From positions 1 to 64,000 of the IMG/VR virus record IMGVR_UViG_3300030085_002899: DNA of 64,000 bases. One strand, 5' to 3'. How positions within the stretch are numbered: position 1 is the first letter of the stretch; each line of letters opens with the position of its first letter. The notes beneath the pieces are model-generated. The model was not told the DNA's origin. It was given only the letters and a program-made list of their open reading frames with translations, and searched no databases. A program made the translations under genes and the position numbers. Shown here piece by piece: positions 32,041 through 41,254 of the stretch. Source of the DNA: an uncultured virus (IMG/VR IMGVR_UViG_3300030085_002899). Lineage: Duplodnaviria > Heunggongvirae > Uroviricota > Caudoviricetes.

Positions 32041-32311
32041 AAGAACCACCAAAGGTAAAGGCGCTAATTATAGACCTACCAAAAAAGGTGCTGGTATGAC
32101 AGCTAAAGGGGTTAAAGCATATAGAAAAGCTAATCCTGGAAGTAAACTTAAAACTGCTGTAACAGGCAAAGTTAAACCAGGTAGTAAATCAGCTAAAAGA
32201 CGCAAATCTTATTGCGCACGCTCGTTAGGTCAACTTAAACGAAGTAGCGCTAAAACAAAAAATAATCCAAATTCAAGAATACGTCAAGCAAGAAGACGTT
32301 GGAAATGTTAA
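32012..32311 (+). CDS. Small basic conserved phage protein (DUF6321-like)
   Basis: GAGMTAKG...NPGSKL...RRKSYCARS...PNSRIRQARRRWKC. Confidence 0.65.
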   Translation: MPRKKENPIRRTTKGKGANYRPTKKGAGMTAKGVKAYRKANPGSKLKTAVTGKVKPGSKSAKRRKSYCARSLGQLKRSSAKTKNNPNSRIRQARRRWKC

Positions 32312-32314
32312 GTT

Positions 32315-32704
32315 ATGTTAAAAAATATACTAAGTAATTTAGTAGGTCAGGCATCTACTATTATAGATGAAGTAGTTACAACAGATGAAGAGAGATTAGC
32401 TCTAAAGAATAAACTTGAAAAACTACATAAAGAACACGAACAAGAAATATTTAAACTAGAGGTAGAAGACAGAAAAAGTGCTCGTACTATGTTTATGGGC
32501 GACAATGTTATACAAAAAACTTTAGCAATAATTTTTACTGCAGCGTATTTTTTTCTATCTTACACCATGTTTAAGTACTTTGTTATGAATAGCTTAGAAT
32601 TATCTGATTATGAAATAGGTTTTATTTCTACAGTATTTGGTGCAATGTCAAGTAAGGTAAACACTATTATAGACTTCTTTTTTGGAGGTTCTTCAAAGAA
32701 TTAA
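32315..32704 (+). CDS. Putative holin-like membrane protein
   Basis: IIDEVVTTDEER...EVEDRKSAR, two TM segments, ends FFFGGSS; near the endolysin. Confidence 0.6.
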   Translation: MLKNILSNLVGQASTIIDEVVTTDEERLALKNKLEKLHKEHEQEIFKLEVEDRKSARTMFMGDNVIQKTLAIIFTAAYFFLSYTMFKYFVMNSLELSDYEIGFISTVFGAMSSKVNTIIDFFFGGSSKN

Positions 32705-32705
32705 A

Positions 32706-32888
32706 ATGAGTGCAATAGAAGATGTAGTTCGTGCTAAAATAGCACAAAGAGCTGAAGTAGGTGAAAAAAAGTACGGAGTTACGATGGAGCGTAATGATTT
32801 AACAGAAATTCAATGGTTAAAACACGCTCAAGAGGAAGCTATGGATTTAGCTGTTTACCTTGAAAAGCTTATACAAGAAAAGTCGTGA
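32706..32888 (+). CDS. Small helical phage protein (MazG/nucleotide pyrophosphatase-like motif)
   Basis: R...G..KYG.T..R.DL...WL.HAQEE.MD.AVYLEK; start taken at the internal ATG. Confidence 0.5.
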   Translation: MSAIEDVVRAKIAQRAEVGEKKYGVTMERNDLTEIQWLKHAQEEAMDLAVYLEKLIQEKS

Positions 32889-33268
32889 TTGAATATCTGG
32901 TAATCCATTCTACTGGAACAGAGAAAAATCATGTTCCTGAAAAACAAGAATATAATTTATCAGTATCTTGCGATATAATCCATTTTAATGGACAGCTTTC
33001 AAGATACAAAGCGGAGCAGTCAGAACACCCATCAGATGCTAGTAACTATAAGCATATAGCATATATAGGAGGCAAGTTAGATGGTAATGAAGCTGACACC
33101 GCTACTTGGAAGCAATACGACACTCTAGAACATATAGTAATGTATCATTTACTGTATAATCAAAACTTAAAAATTTGCAAGTCATCTTTCTTTTTTGAAG
33201 AATATTTAGGTATAAACCTTAATAGATGGCTATTAGATATAGGCGTTAATCCTAAAAATATAATGTAA
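32885..33268 (+). CDS. Amidase_2-like protein, possibly degenerate
   Basis: IEYLVIHSTGT...HIAYIGG...DTAT..Q; the C-terminal GH/CP zinc ligands are not evident. Confidence 0.5.
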   Translation: MIEYLVIHSTGTEKNHVPEKQEYNLSVSCDIIHFNGQLSRYKAEQSEHPSDASNYKHIAYIGGKLDGNEADTATWKQYDTLEHIVMYHLLYNQNLKICKSSFFFEEYLGINLNRWLLDIGVNPKNIM

Positions 33269-33546
33269 TGGCTCGTAACTCGTTAGCAGGAAAAAGTTCG
33301 GGTAAAAGCAAAAGCGCAAAACATTATGCAAAAAACAAGTCGTCTCGTAAGAAAAAAAATGAGTACGACAAAAAGTACTCTTCTACTACAAAAAGAAAAA
33401 AATACCGTTCATCTTTAAATAAAGCTAATAAAAAAGCCAAAACTTATGGTAATAAGGATGGCTTGGATATGTCGCATACTAAAAAAGGTAAGTTAGTTAA
33501 AGAAAAACAATCTAAAAACAGAGCAAGAAATCGTGGTAAAAAGTAA
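33268..33546 (+). CDS. Small basic HNH-like protein
   Basis: GNKDGLDMSH...E..SKNRARN. Confidence 0.5.
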   Translation: MARNSLAGKSSGKSKSAKHYAKNKSSRKKKNEYDKKYSSTTKRKKYRSSLNKANKKAKTYGNKDGLDMSHTKKGKLVKEKQSKNRARNRGKK

Positions 33547-34855
33547 AAAAATTGAAGAATACTTAATTAATCACCCTGAAAAATTAAGAAAAGACTATTC
33601 TGATACAGCAAAACTTTTTGATGCTACCTATGAGCAAGTAAGAAGTATAGCTAGACGCATAAGGGCAAGTTATGAAAATGCATTTGAAATAAGTCAAAAC
33701 TCAACTCATAACGATGAGAAAATAACTACAAACGAACAAAAAGACTCGTTAGTTATATCTGTAGAAGACAGCAAAAGAGTAAAATCACTCGACGACCTTA
33801 TTGAAAATTGTAAAGTTGACCTTGACACATGGGAAGTAGATTGGTTTGATATTGGTACATACGAAGTTACTGGTTTTGACAATGATAGAAAGCCTGTAAC
33901 CGTTACTATGTATAGAACTAAGGCTAAATTTAAGAAGATAGATATATGGAAAAATATCAGTATATTAAAGGAGGACCTTAAAAACGATTTATTTGAAGCC
34001 TTCAAATCATACTCTTTACAGCCAAATTATAAAACTGATGATAAAGACATGTCATCTGATAAAGAAGGCTATCTACTTGAGATTGGGGCATACGATTTAC
34101 ATCTTGGTAAGTTGGGTATTGATGGTGATGATTATTCACTCGATATTGCTAGGAGAAGGTTATTTTCTGCTATTAATTCCTTATTTGACAGAGCAAGAGG
34201 TTTTAAAATCGAAGAAATAGTATTTGTAGTTGGTAATGATTTTCTTAATATAGATAAAGATAAACCTTTTGGTTCTACTACTAAAGGAACACCTCAAAAC
34301 AATACTGTATCTGCATACGAAGCTTACAGGTACGGTAGAAAATTACTTGTAGAGTGTATAAACTTTTTAGCAGAAAAAGCTCCAGTAAGTGTAATAGTAA
34401 TACCAGGTAATCACGATGAAGAATCTATGTTACATATGGGAGATGCCTTAGAGGTATTGTATGAAAATACACCACACATAAGGGTAGATAATTCAAGACC
34501 ACTTATGAAAGCATATAAGTATGGTGAATGTTTACTTATATTTGACCACGGTGATAGAGTTAAAAACTACAAAAATCTTGCATCTGTTATATCGCAACGT
34601 TTTAGAGATGTATGGAGTAGTGTAAGGCACATAGAAGTCCATAGAGGGCATCTACATAGCTTAAAAACAAATATTATGGGTCAGGTAGAAGAGCTGAACG
34701 GAATAGCTGTAAGGCATTTAGGAAGCATGTCGCCAACTGACCAATGGCATGATGATAGTGGATACCTATCTACAGTTAAACGAGCCCATGCTTTTATATG
34801 GCATAAGAAAAATGGTATGCAGTGTGAGTATTATTACAATGTACCATTTAACTAA
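33533..34855 (+). CDS. Calcineurin-like metallophosphoesterase with N-terminal HTH-like region
   Basis: DLHLG, GND, PGNHD, HGD and GHLH motifs in order. Confidence 0.85.
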   Translation: MVKSKKIEEYLINHPEKLRKDYSDTAKLFDATYEQVRSIARRIRASYENAFEISQNSTHNDEKITTNEQKDSLVISVEDSKRVKSLDDLIENCKVDLDTWEVDWFDIGTYEVTGFDNDRKPVTVTMYRTKAKFKKIDIWKNISILKEDLKNDLFEAFKSYSLQPNYKTDDKDMSSDKEGYLLEIGAYDLHLGKLGIDGDDYSLDIARRRLFSAINSLFDRARGFKIEEIVFVVGNDFLNIDKDKPFGSTTKGTPQNNTVSAYEAYRYGRKLLVECINFLAEKAPVSVIVIPGNHDEESMLHMGDALEVLYENTPHIRVDNSRPLMKAYKYGECLLIFDHGDRVKNYKNLASVISQRFRDVWSSVRHIEVHRGHLHSLKTNIMGQVEELNGIAVRHLGSMSPTDQWHDDSGYLSTVKRAHAFIWHKKNGMQCEYYYNVPFN

Positions 34856-34860
34856 ATTAT

Positions 34861-35037
34861 ATGACTACGATATTACAAATAACATACAAAGATTATATAT
34901 TTGAGTTAGGCTCATATTGGGGTGTGCTTTTAGGTTTAAGAACATTTGAGCCAGATGAAAATTACAACCAACAAGAATTGCAGATTTTCATACCGTTTAT
35001 ATATATAGCGATTGTAAAAAAACTACAGGATGATTAG
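34861..35037 (+). CDS. Small hypothetical protein, 58 aa, missing from the ORF track
   Basis: MTTILQITYKDYIFELGSYWGVLLGLRTFEP...; its stop overlaps the convergent HNH stop. Confidence 0.55.
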   Translation: MTTILQITYKDYIFELGSYWGVLLGLRTFEPDENYNQQELQIFIPFIYIAIVKKLQDD

Positions 35038-35294
35038 TCCTGTAGCTTCATAATTACTTTTTGTAAATGTTTAACTCTAACGTGCTTGTTAAATGAACGA
35101 CTACTCTCAGCCTTATCATGACATTTCCTACATAGTGCTACAAGGTTTTCTATATAGTCTTTATGAGAACCGCCCATACCACGCGCATCTATATGATGAA
35201 TGTCTACGGCAACTTTCCCACAACTGGTACATAGAATCAGGTCACTTACATCTAAGTTAAAGAATGTACAGTAAAGTTTTTTATGATTTACCAT
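35034..35294 (-). CDS. HNH endonuclease
   Basis: CTSCG..AVDIHHI..RGMGG...IENL.ALCRKCH. Confidence 0.8.
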   Translation of the reverse strand: MVNHKKLYCTFFNLDVSDLILCTSCGKVAVDIHHIDARGMGGSHKDYIENLVALCRKCHDKAESSRSFNKHVRVKHLQKVIMKLQD

Positions 35295-35412
35295 TTTCTT
35301 TTTCTTTAGCTTCTTCTATAAGCTTTAATAATTCAGGCATTACTTCGGCATTAAATGCTTTACGCTTTTCCTTCCTCATCTTTACTATAGATTGTCTTTT
35401 AGTTTTACTCAT
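35281..35412 (-). CDS. Small basic hypothetical protein, 43 aa, missing from the ORF track
   Basis: MSKTKRQSIVKMRKEKRKAFNAEVMPELLKLIEEAKEKENGKS; overlaps both neighbours. Confidence 0.5.
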   Translation of the reverse strand: MSKTKRQSIVKMRKEKRKAFNAEVMPELLKLIEEAKEKENGKS

Positions 35413-35645
35413 TAGTTTTTATTTTTGAGAGCCTTCTTTTTAGAGCTAATTGACCTACGTTTATTCGGTGTTTTATTTTTAGATACCGTTGTATTAGCTT
35501 TAGGTTTTGCGTTCTCTTTTTTAAACTTTTTAGAATTTGGTTTATAAAGTCCATCGTGTTTCTTTTTTTCGTTTACATCTTTGAATATTAAGTATGCAAT
35601 ATAAGTTACAATTAATATTACTGTTCCAAGTACTAGTTTAATCAT
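35412..35645 (-). CDS. Small membrane-anchored basic protein
   Basis: MIKLVLGTVILIVTYIAYLIF TM followed by a Lys-rich tail; internal ATG chosen as start. Confidence 0.5.
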   Translation of the reverse strand: MIKLVLGTVILIVTYIAYLIFKDVNEKKKHDGLYKPNSKKFKKENAKPKANTTVSKNKTPNKRRSISSKKKALKNKN

Positions 35646-35649
35646 TTTT

Positions 35650-35943
35650 TTAAAATTTTTGTAGTGAGTATCCATGCTCACTAATTGGTTTAACTTCAGT
35701 TATTTCTATTTCACAACCATTGGTTTTGTGTCCGTATTTATACTTAAGTCTGTTATGTAAATATAAATTGTATTTAGGATTGTTTATTATTTCTATGTCA
35801 TTCCCTATACAAATTTCTTCACTAGATATTTTATGTACTTTCTTTTGAAGACACAATTCTTTCTTTTTCCTTGAGTAGTTGCGCAATTTGAATGTTAATC
35901 TGTTTAAGCATATCTTCATTTTCATCTTTAGATTCACGTGCAA
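35650..35943 (-). CDS. Hypothetical protein (true start probably near 35850)
   Basis: Fills the gap in the operon; its 5' part overlaps the DnaA-like gene. Confidence 0.4.
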   Translation of the reverse strand: MHVNLKMKMKICLNRLTFKLRNYSRKKKELCLQKKVHKISSEEICIGNDIEIINNPKYNLYLHNRLKYKYGHKTNGCEIEITEVKPISEHGYSLQKF

Positions 35944-36226
35944 TTTTGTTTAACTTACTTTCTATTTCACCGTATGTAATTCTGTATTTCTTATCATACT
36001 TTAAAAGTTGAGGTGTAATTTTACAATAGTGTATGCAAGTAGCATGATGTCTATTTACATACTTTGATATTTCTTGTACACCACAATTAGTAAAATTTCT
36101 TGCGAACAAAAAGTACAAACCCCTAGCTTCGCTAAAGATTCTGTACCTTTTTTTTGAACGCAAGTTTGTTACAGAAATTTTACACACTAACGAAACAGTT
36201 TCTAATATTTCTTTAAGTGTTACCAT
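35831..36226 (-). CDS. DnaA C-terminal (domain IV)-like DNA-binding protein
   Basis: L.EILE.V......L.SK.R....EAR.L...AR.....QEI....NR.HAT.IH pattern. Confidence 0.75.
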   Translation of the reverse strand: MVTLKEILETVSLVCKISVTNLRSKKRYRIFSEARGLYFLFARNFTNCGVQEISKYVNRHHATCIHYCKITPQLLKYDKKYRITYGEIESKLNKIARESKDENEDMLKQINIQIAQLLKEKERIVSSKEST

Positions 36227-36229
36227 TTC

Positions 36230-36649
36230 TTATTTTAAGTATTTGTTATACAACTCTTCAGGCATTTCAAAAATACCTGTATTGTTTATAGATGCATTTT
36301 CTGGTATTTCTTCATTGAAATAAAGCCAAGCAGATATTGTATTTATATCTTCATCTTCGTAGTTTGCTACATGGTCTTTAATAAATAGTATATCTACTTT
36401 TTTTCTTTTATACCAAACAGGATGACACTCTAGGTTATCTAAAGATTTAAGTGTATGCCTATCTACTTTATAGACCTCTCCAACAATGTTTGTATTTTCT
36501 AAAGATTCAGAAACGTAGGGTATACCAGCTTCGTACATAGCGTACTTATTTTTAGTAACCCCAAGCCCTAAATACTCAGAGCCTAACATCAAAATATTAT
36601 TAGCTTTACCTCTTTTTAAAGTTCCATATACAAAAACAATTTCACTCAT
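36230..36649 (-). CDS. Gamma-glutamylcyclotransferase (GGCT/AIG2-like)
   Basis: VFVYGTLKRG..N, GEVY.V, LD.LE, Y.R motifs. Confidence 0.9.
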   Translation of the reverse strand: MSEIVFVYGTLKRGKANNILMLGSEYLGLGVTKNKYAMYEAGIPYVSESLENTNIVGEVYKVDRHTLKSLDNLECHPVWYKRKKVDILFIKDHVANYEDEDINTISAWLYFNEEIPENASINNTGIFEMPEELYNKYLK

Positions 36650-37422
36650 TAGATTTGTATTATACGGTTAAACATACTATAACTATCTTGACCTGCTTCT
36701 TCTATCTCATTAAAAGATTGAATGTTTGATATACCAGCTTTGTAGGCTTTTCTACCATCTTCTAATGAATTAAAGTCTACTACTACAACATCATAAGGAG
36801 CTTTCTTTTCTATAAATACAAAATAGAATTTGTGTGCTTTCATTCCATCTAAATAAAATGCAGCTTGAACTCCATATGAATATTTCTTAATAGACTCTAG
36901 AATACTTTCTATATCTATAGACTTGCAAGTTTTAATATCTACTATATAGTTTTCTTTTGTGTTATAGTAATCTACTTTAGATTTACATTTTGCACCTTCT
37001 AATTCAAATAGATTTATTTTTTCAAACTCACCATTTTCCTGCAACACTAGCTCTTTATATCTAGGATGATTGCTTAAACTTTCCTGCATATTAATAAGCA
37101 TGTTTTCATACTTACCTGGTACGTGGTAGGGCACATCTTTATTTGCTTCCTTCCAATCTGTTATATACGCTTTACCTGCTTTAGTTCTCCTGTCCATATC
37201 AGGTTCGAAAGCGTATAGTTTTTTAAACTCTTCTGGCTCTAACATCATAGCATGGAATGCAGACCCTACAAGCATTGCTTCGGTTTCTACACTTTGTTGC
37301 ATAGCATAATCGAATTGCTTTTTGCTTCCTTGAAGGGCCTGCTTTACCATACTAGCTGATATATACTCTCTATCTTGAAAGTAATTTTCGTTTGTAATAA
37401 TACCGTTGTTATCTAATTTCAT
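36649..37422 (-). CDS. RecE/ExoVIII-like PD-(D/E)xK exonuclease (DUF3799-like)
   Basis: ISAS..K, GSAFH..MLEPE, RRTKAGK, KSKVD, VDIKT, Y..QAAFY, F.F..IEK..PY. Confidence 0.85.
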   Translation of the reverse strand: MKLDNNGIITNENYFQDREYISASMVKQALQGSKKQFDYAMQQSVETEAMLVGSAFHAMMLEPEEFKKLYAFEPDMDRRTKAGKAYITDWKEANKDVPYHVPGKYENMLINMQESLSNHPRYKELVLQENGEFEKINLFELEGAKCKSKVDYYNTKENYIVDIKTCKSIDIESILESIKKYSYGVQAAFYLDGMKAHKFYFVFIEKKAPYDVVVVDFNSLEDGRKAYKAGISNIQSFNEIEEAGQDSYSMFNRIIQI

Positions 37423-37793
37423 TTTAAGACTTTAATAATTACTCCTGCTTTTTCTTTATCTACATGATACCCACTAAAATGTGGTATAATAATATCGCAG
37501 TTGTCATCATCAATCCAACCATACTCAACCATAAGGTCTTGTACTGTTTGTGCAGGATTAATATAATCGAACTTACGTTTGCTGTTTCTTATGAAATAAA
37601 AGTCAACTATTATAGGTAGCTTAGGATTTTCACCAATAAGCTCTATAAACTTTTCTTTGTTTTCTATATAAAAAGATTTACTAGCTTTAATATAGTTTCT
37701 TGTTGACTTGCTGTGTATAAGATACTTGCCCGTCCATTGCTTTCCATTCTTACTAGAACTAACATTACCTGGTATAAATATTTCTTTACTCAT
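37419..37793 (-). CDS. RusA-like Holliday junction resolvase
   Basis: IPGNVSSSKN...RKFDYINP.Q...DL...G.I.DDN. Confidence 0.7.
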   Translation of the reverse strand: MSKEIFIPGNVSSSKNGKQWTGKYLIHSKSTRNYIKASKSFYIENKEKFIELIGENPKLPIIVDFYFIRNSKRKFDYINPAQTVQDLMVEYGWIDDDNCDIIIPHFSGYHVDKEKAGVIIKVLK

Positions 37794-38169
37794 TTGGGTC
37801 AGGTATATAAACACCAAGCTCTTCTATACAAAACCTTTTGATTTGGTCTATGTATGTTATCATTTCTTTGCTTGATATTCTAGTTGTACTTCTTATAATT
37901 TTCATCCATTCACCATTTACTATTTCTTTTTTGTACAAGAATTTTTCTTTAAATACATTATGCATTTCTTCTTTCTCGTAACCTAAAGATTTTGCTGGTA
38001 ATGAAACAACAACACTCCAATAATATTTATTTAAGTTTGTACTTCTAGGTACATTTTTAGTTATGCTAACTACTACTGACTCTCCTTCTAAACTTTTAAG
38101 GTAATCATCAAGTTTGTACTTATCTGTAAATATTATTTGATTGTGTAATATTTTTGCTGAATGCTTCAT
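37786..38169 (-). CDS. NinB/Orf-like recombination protein
   Basis: RS..LNKYYW.VV...G....EMH..FK..FL...STT......M..YI..I....E.LG..IPDP. Confidence 0.7.
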   Translation of the reverse strand: MKHSAKILHNQIIFTDKYKLDDYLKSLEGESVVVSITKNVPRSTNLNKYYWSVVVSLPAKSLGYEKEEMHNVFKEKFLYKKEIVNGEWMKIIRSTTRISSKEMITYIDQIKRFCIEELGVYIPDPNE

Positions 38170-38226
38170 AATAACAAGCAGCAGCCCATCGGGCCGAAGG
38201 CCAGTTCCCTGGGCTACTACTTTATT
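38170..38226 (-). other. Long GC-rich intergenic stem-loop
   Basis: Minus strand AAUAAAGUAGUAGCCCA...GGCC-UUC-GGCC...UGGGCUGCUGCUUGUUAUU, with G-U pairs that favour the minus-strand RNA. Confidence 0.6.
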
Positions 38227-38231
38227 ATATA

Positions 38232-38774
38232 TTAGAATGGCATATCGTTAGGAGCTTCTGAGTCAGCAGTATTAGCAAACTTACAAGCTTCATTATACGC
38301 ACGCATATCTGTTTGTGATAAACCTTTGTTATACTTTACATCAAACGTAATAGGTTTGTTTTCAGGATTAGAAAACTTATACTCTATGACGTGTCTAATC
38401 TCAGGCTTACCATCTGAATTATTAGTCCAGTACTCACGCTTAGATAAACAAACATTTACTTTCTTACCTACAGCTTCTTTACAAGACGCTATCCAATCAT
38501 TAAACTCACGTACTCCACAATTGTGTAAGAACTGCTTAAATATCTTAACCCTTATTTCTTTAGCTTTTTCTGAAGTTTGTGAATCGCTACCTAAGAATTT
38601 TAATTTTGCAATAGAGCCATTGGCTGCTTCTACTGTAAATTCTACGTATGGTATCTTCGGTTTCTTAGGTTCTTTATCAGAAGATTTTACGCTTTTTACT
38701 TTTACTAGATAAGCACCTTCTTTTAAGTAAGAAGACTTTTCTTCTAGCACTACTGAATTCATGTTTTCAAACAT
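38232..38774 (-). CDS. DUF669-like single-stranded DNA-binding protein
   Basis: YL.EG.Y.VKV.SV OB-like start, acidic C-terminal tail DSEAPNDMPF, directly after the AAA ATPase. Confidence 0.65.
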   Translation of the reverse strand: MFENMNSVVLEEKSSYLKEGAYLVKVKSVKSSDKEPKKPKIPYVEFTVEAANGSIAKLKFLGSDSQTSEKAKEIRVKIFKQFLHNCGVREFNDWIASCKEAVGKKVNVCLSKREYWTNNSDGKPEIRHVIEYKFSNPENKPITFDVKYNKGLSQTDMRAYNEACKFANTADSEAPNDMPF

Positions 38775-38793
38775 TTCTTTTTGTTTTTTTTGG

Positions 38794-39429
38794 TTAGTTA
38801 TAATACTCTTCGCACTTTTCAATGACCTGTGCAAGGTCGTTTTCTATATACAAATCTTCGAACATACCCATCGGGCTTTTCGCAGAGTCGCTTCCATTGG
38901 ATTGTGTTCTAAATCTAAACTTAGTTCCTCCATCTCCATAGTAGTTGTCTGTAAATAAACAGCATACAAATTCTTTTTCGACACGCTTCTTCCATCTGTT
39001 CCCGTCAACAGCAACAAATCTTTCTTGTACTCCTGAATCGCTGTCGTAAGCACCATCAATAGCTAAGTATATAATATACTTGTCTGTATTCTTGGAAAGG
39101 TTTAGTATCCTATCTATTTCTTTATTATAGAATGACCACACATCAAAGCCTTTAAATCTAATATCAGCTTCTCTATATATCATTTCTATTAAACTAGTAA
39201 ACGATTCTACTACTATAGTTTTAATCTCATCAGAGGCCATAGCTTTCTCTATAGCAGAGTTAAATGTAGATAAGTTAGGAACTGCTACGTTCTTAAACTT
39301 ATTAGCACCTTTAAATGGTAGTTGTTTACGTTCTGTATTTAATACCGCAGTTGTGTTAGGGTCTAAATTCCTTAAGGATGATGACTTACCTGAGCCACTC
39401 TTTCCTACTACAATAATGTTTGGTTTCAT
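38794..39429 (-). CDS. AAA_24/Sak4-like P-loop ATPase
   Basis: IVVGKSGSGKSSSLRNL Walker A; IVVES; AKSPMGMF..LYI.NDL. Confidence 0.8.
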   Translation of the reverse strand: MKPNIIVVGKSGSGKSSSLRNLDPNTTAVLNTERKQLPFKGANKFKNVAVPNLSTFNSAIEKAMASDEIKTIVVESFTSLIEMIYREADIRFKGFDVWSFYNKEIDRILNLSKNTDKYIIYLAIDGAYDSDSGVQERFVAVDGNRWKKRVEKEFVCCLFTDNYYGDGGTKFRFRTQSNGSDSAKSPMGMFEDLYIENDLAQVIEKCEEYYN

Positions 39430-39719
39430 TTTTTCTTTTGATTTTTAATAAATTCTACTACTGATTCGTACACCTCGTCTATATCACTATATAAACTAAT
39501 GTTAAGCATTTCTTGTGGTACTCCTTCACAATCTTGCTCTATCTTTAGTACTACGGGTCTTAACCAATCCCAAGAGGTGTGGTAATGCAAGTCCATCAAA
39601 CTTCTATTGTTTGAGATAAGCCCCACGTCTTCTACCCTCTCGTCAGGAAAGGCTACCATATTACCATTATGGATTATCTCACATCCCATAAATTCTGCTA
39701 TAAGTTTGTTTGATTTCAT
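39426..39719 (-). CDS. Conserved hypothetical phage protein
   Basis: NKLIAEFMG...YHTSWDWL.PVV.KIE motif. Confidence 0.6.
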   Translation of the reverse strand: MKSNKLIAEFMGCEIIHNGNMVAFPDERVEDVGLISNNRSLMDLHYHTSWDWLRPVVLKIEQDCEGVPQEMLNISLYSDIDEVYESVVEFIKNQKKK

Positions 39720-39946
39720 TTTTTAGTTGGTAATTTAATTATCTGTTCTACTTTTAATTTATCAGGTTTTTTGTAGTGCTTTCTTTTCGATGTAACAAAC
39801 TTAAAGTACCCACGCAGCATTATATTGTTTTCTTTAGTTAGCAATTCTTTTATGCTTTTAAAAGTTTTATTTACAATACTTTCTACTGCGTAGATAGGTA
39901 CGTTAGTTTGTTCACTTACTTTTCTTATAATTTGTTTATAATTCAT
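39716..39946 (-). CDS. HU/IHF-like DNA-binding protein
   Basis: MNYKQIIRKVSEQT...IV...F..I...L....I.LRGYFKF. Confidence 0.7.
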   Translation of the reverse strand: MNYKQIIRKVSEQTNVPIYAVESIVNKTFKSIKELLTKENNIMLRGYFKFVTSKRKHYKKPDKLKVEQIIKLPTKK

Positions 39947-41252
39947 CTACTGTAAAGAAACTATTATCACTAGAACTTTCAACAAATTTAGTAAATTTAT
40001 TGTTGAAATCCAAATTGACACTACCTATACCTATGTTACGACCTTTAGCAAAAATGATTTCAGCTTTACCTATTGTGCTGTTACCATTCTCATCAGATTC
40101 TATACCATAATATTCAGGTCTATAAACAAATACAACAGTATCAGCTGCTTGTTCTATTTCGCCAGACTCTCTAAGGTCAGCAAGACAAGGGCGACAGCCT
40201 GCTCTGTTTTGTACATTACGTGAAAGCTGAGATAAAGCCATAACGCATATGTCTAATTCTTTAGCTACATTCTTTAAAGCTCTAGCAATTTGAGACACCT
40301 CTTGCTCACGACTTCTACCTTTGTTGAAATTGTTAACTAACTGTAAGTAGTCAATCATTACAAGCTTTACTTTTTTGCTAACAACATATCTTCTAATTCT
40401 GTTAATTAAATACCTTAGACTTGTGTTAGAACACTCGTCTATATACATAGGTAATGATTTAACTTTATTAGAATAATCAATTACTCTATCGTAATCTTCT
40501 TTAGACAACTCACCTGAAGATATAGATTTGTTTTCTACATAGGATTCTGAACTAACAACTCTAGTTAGTAATTGATTAACTGACATCTCATACGAAAATA
40601 CTACAGTAGGTATATCAGATTTAGCTGCGTTTAATGCAAGGTTTAAAGATAAACTAGTCTTACCCATAGATGATGCACCACCGACTATAATTAAGTCTTG
40701 ATTCTTCCAACCATTAGTGTGTTCATCTATAGATTTATAACCACTAGTTATACCTGTAATACCTTCTTTCTTGCAGTTTTCATGTACCTCATATAAGAAA
40801 CCTTCAAGCTGATGATTCATGTCAGGAAGCCCAGAGTCATTGTGTTCACCAATACTCCCAAGCTTCTCGACAGAATATTCAATAAGACTGTTGATGTCTT
40901 CTTCACCACATCTCTTACTTAAATCTATAATTAGATTTTTAAACTTAACTAGTTTCTTTTCGTTTATGAGGTATTCGACACAACTTTCAAATGGCATATA
41001 GTAGGACTCGAATGACATAATTTTTGCTATTTCAAACTGCATATTAAATGCATTTAAGTTTGAAATTTTATCAGCTTTAATTATATCAAACGATTCCCCT
41101 TGCTGGTACAGCGTATCTATTACACTAAACACTTCCTTATGTAACAAACTTTCAAACAAGTCTGTATCCAGGACTGTAAAGAAAGTATAATAGTAATCCT
41201 TTTTTTGCATTAACTTAGCAAGCAACGCCTTTTCTACCTCATCTCTACTCAT
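39936..41252 (-). CDS. dnaB: Replicative DNA helicase DnaB
   Basis: GASSMGKT, FSYEMS, IDYLQL, LSQLSR, DLRESGEIEQAAD, AKGRN motifs. Confidence 0.95.
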   Translation of the reverse strand: MSRDEVEKALLAKLMQKKDYYYTFFTVLDTDLFESLLHKEVFSVIDTLYQQGESFDIIKADKISNLNAFNMQFEIAKIMSFESYYMPFESCVEYLINEKKLVKFKNLIIDLSKRCGEEDINSLIEYSVEKLGSIGEHNDSGLPDMNHQLEGFLYEVHENCKKEGITGITSGYKSIDEHTNGWKNQDLIIVGGASSMGKTSLSLNLALNAAKSDIPTVVFSYEMSVNQLLTRVVSSESYVENKSISSGELSKEDYDRVIDYSNKVKSLPMYIDECSNTSLRYLINRIRRYVVSKKVKLVMIDYLQLVNNFNKGRSREQEVSQIARALKNVAKELDICVMALSQLSRNVQNRAGCRPCLADLRESGEIEQAADTVVFVYRPEYYGIESDENGNSTIGKAEIIFAKGRNIGIGSVNLDFNNKFTKFVESSSDNSFFTVDEL

Positions 41253-41254
41253 AA

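Noticed and set aside
38192..38202. N4-type DNA hairpin promoter (GGCC-GAA-GGCC on the template strand)
   Set aside because: A single instance embedded in a longer stem whose G-U pairs favour an RNA structure; not repeated upstream of other early genes.
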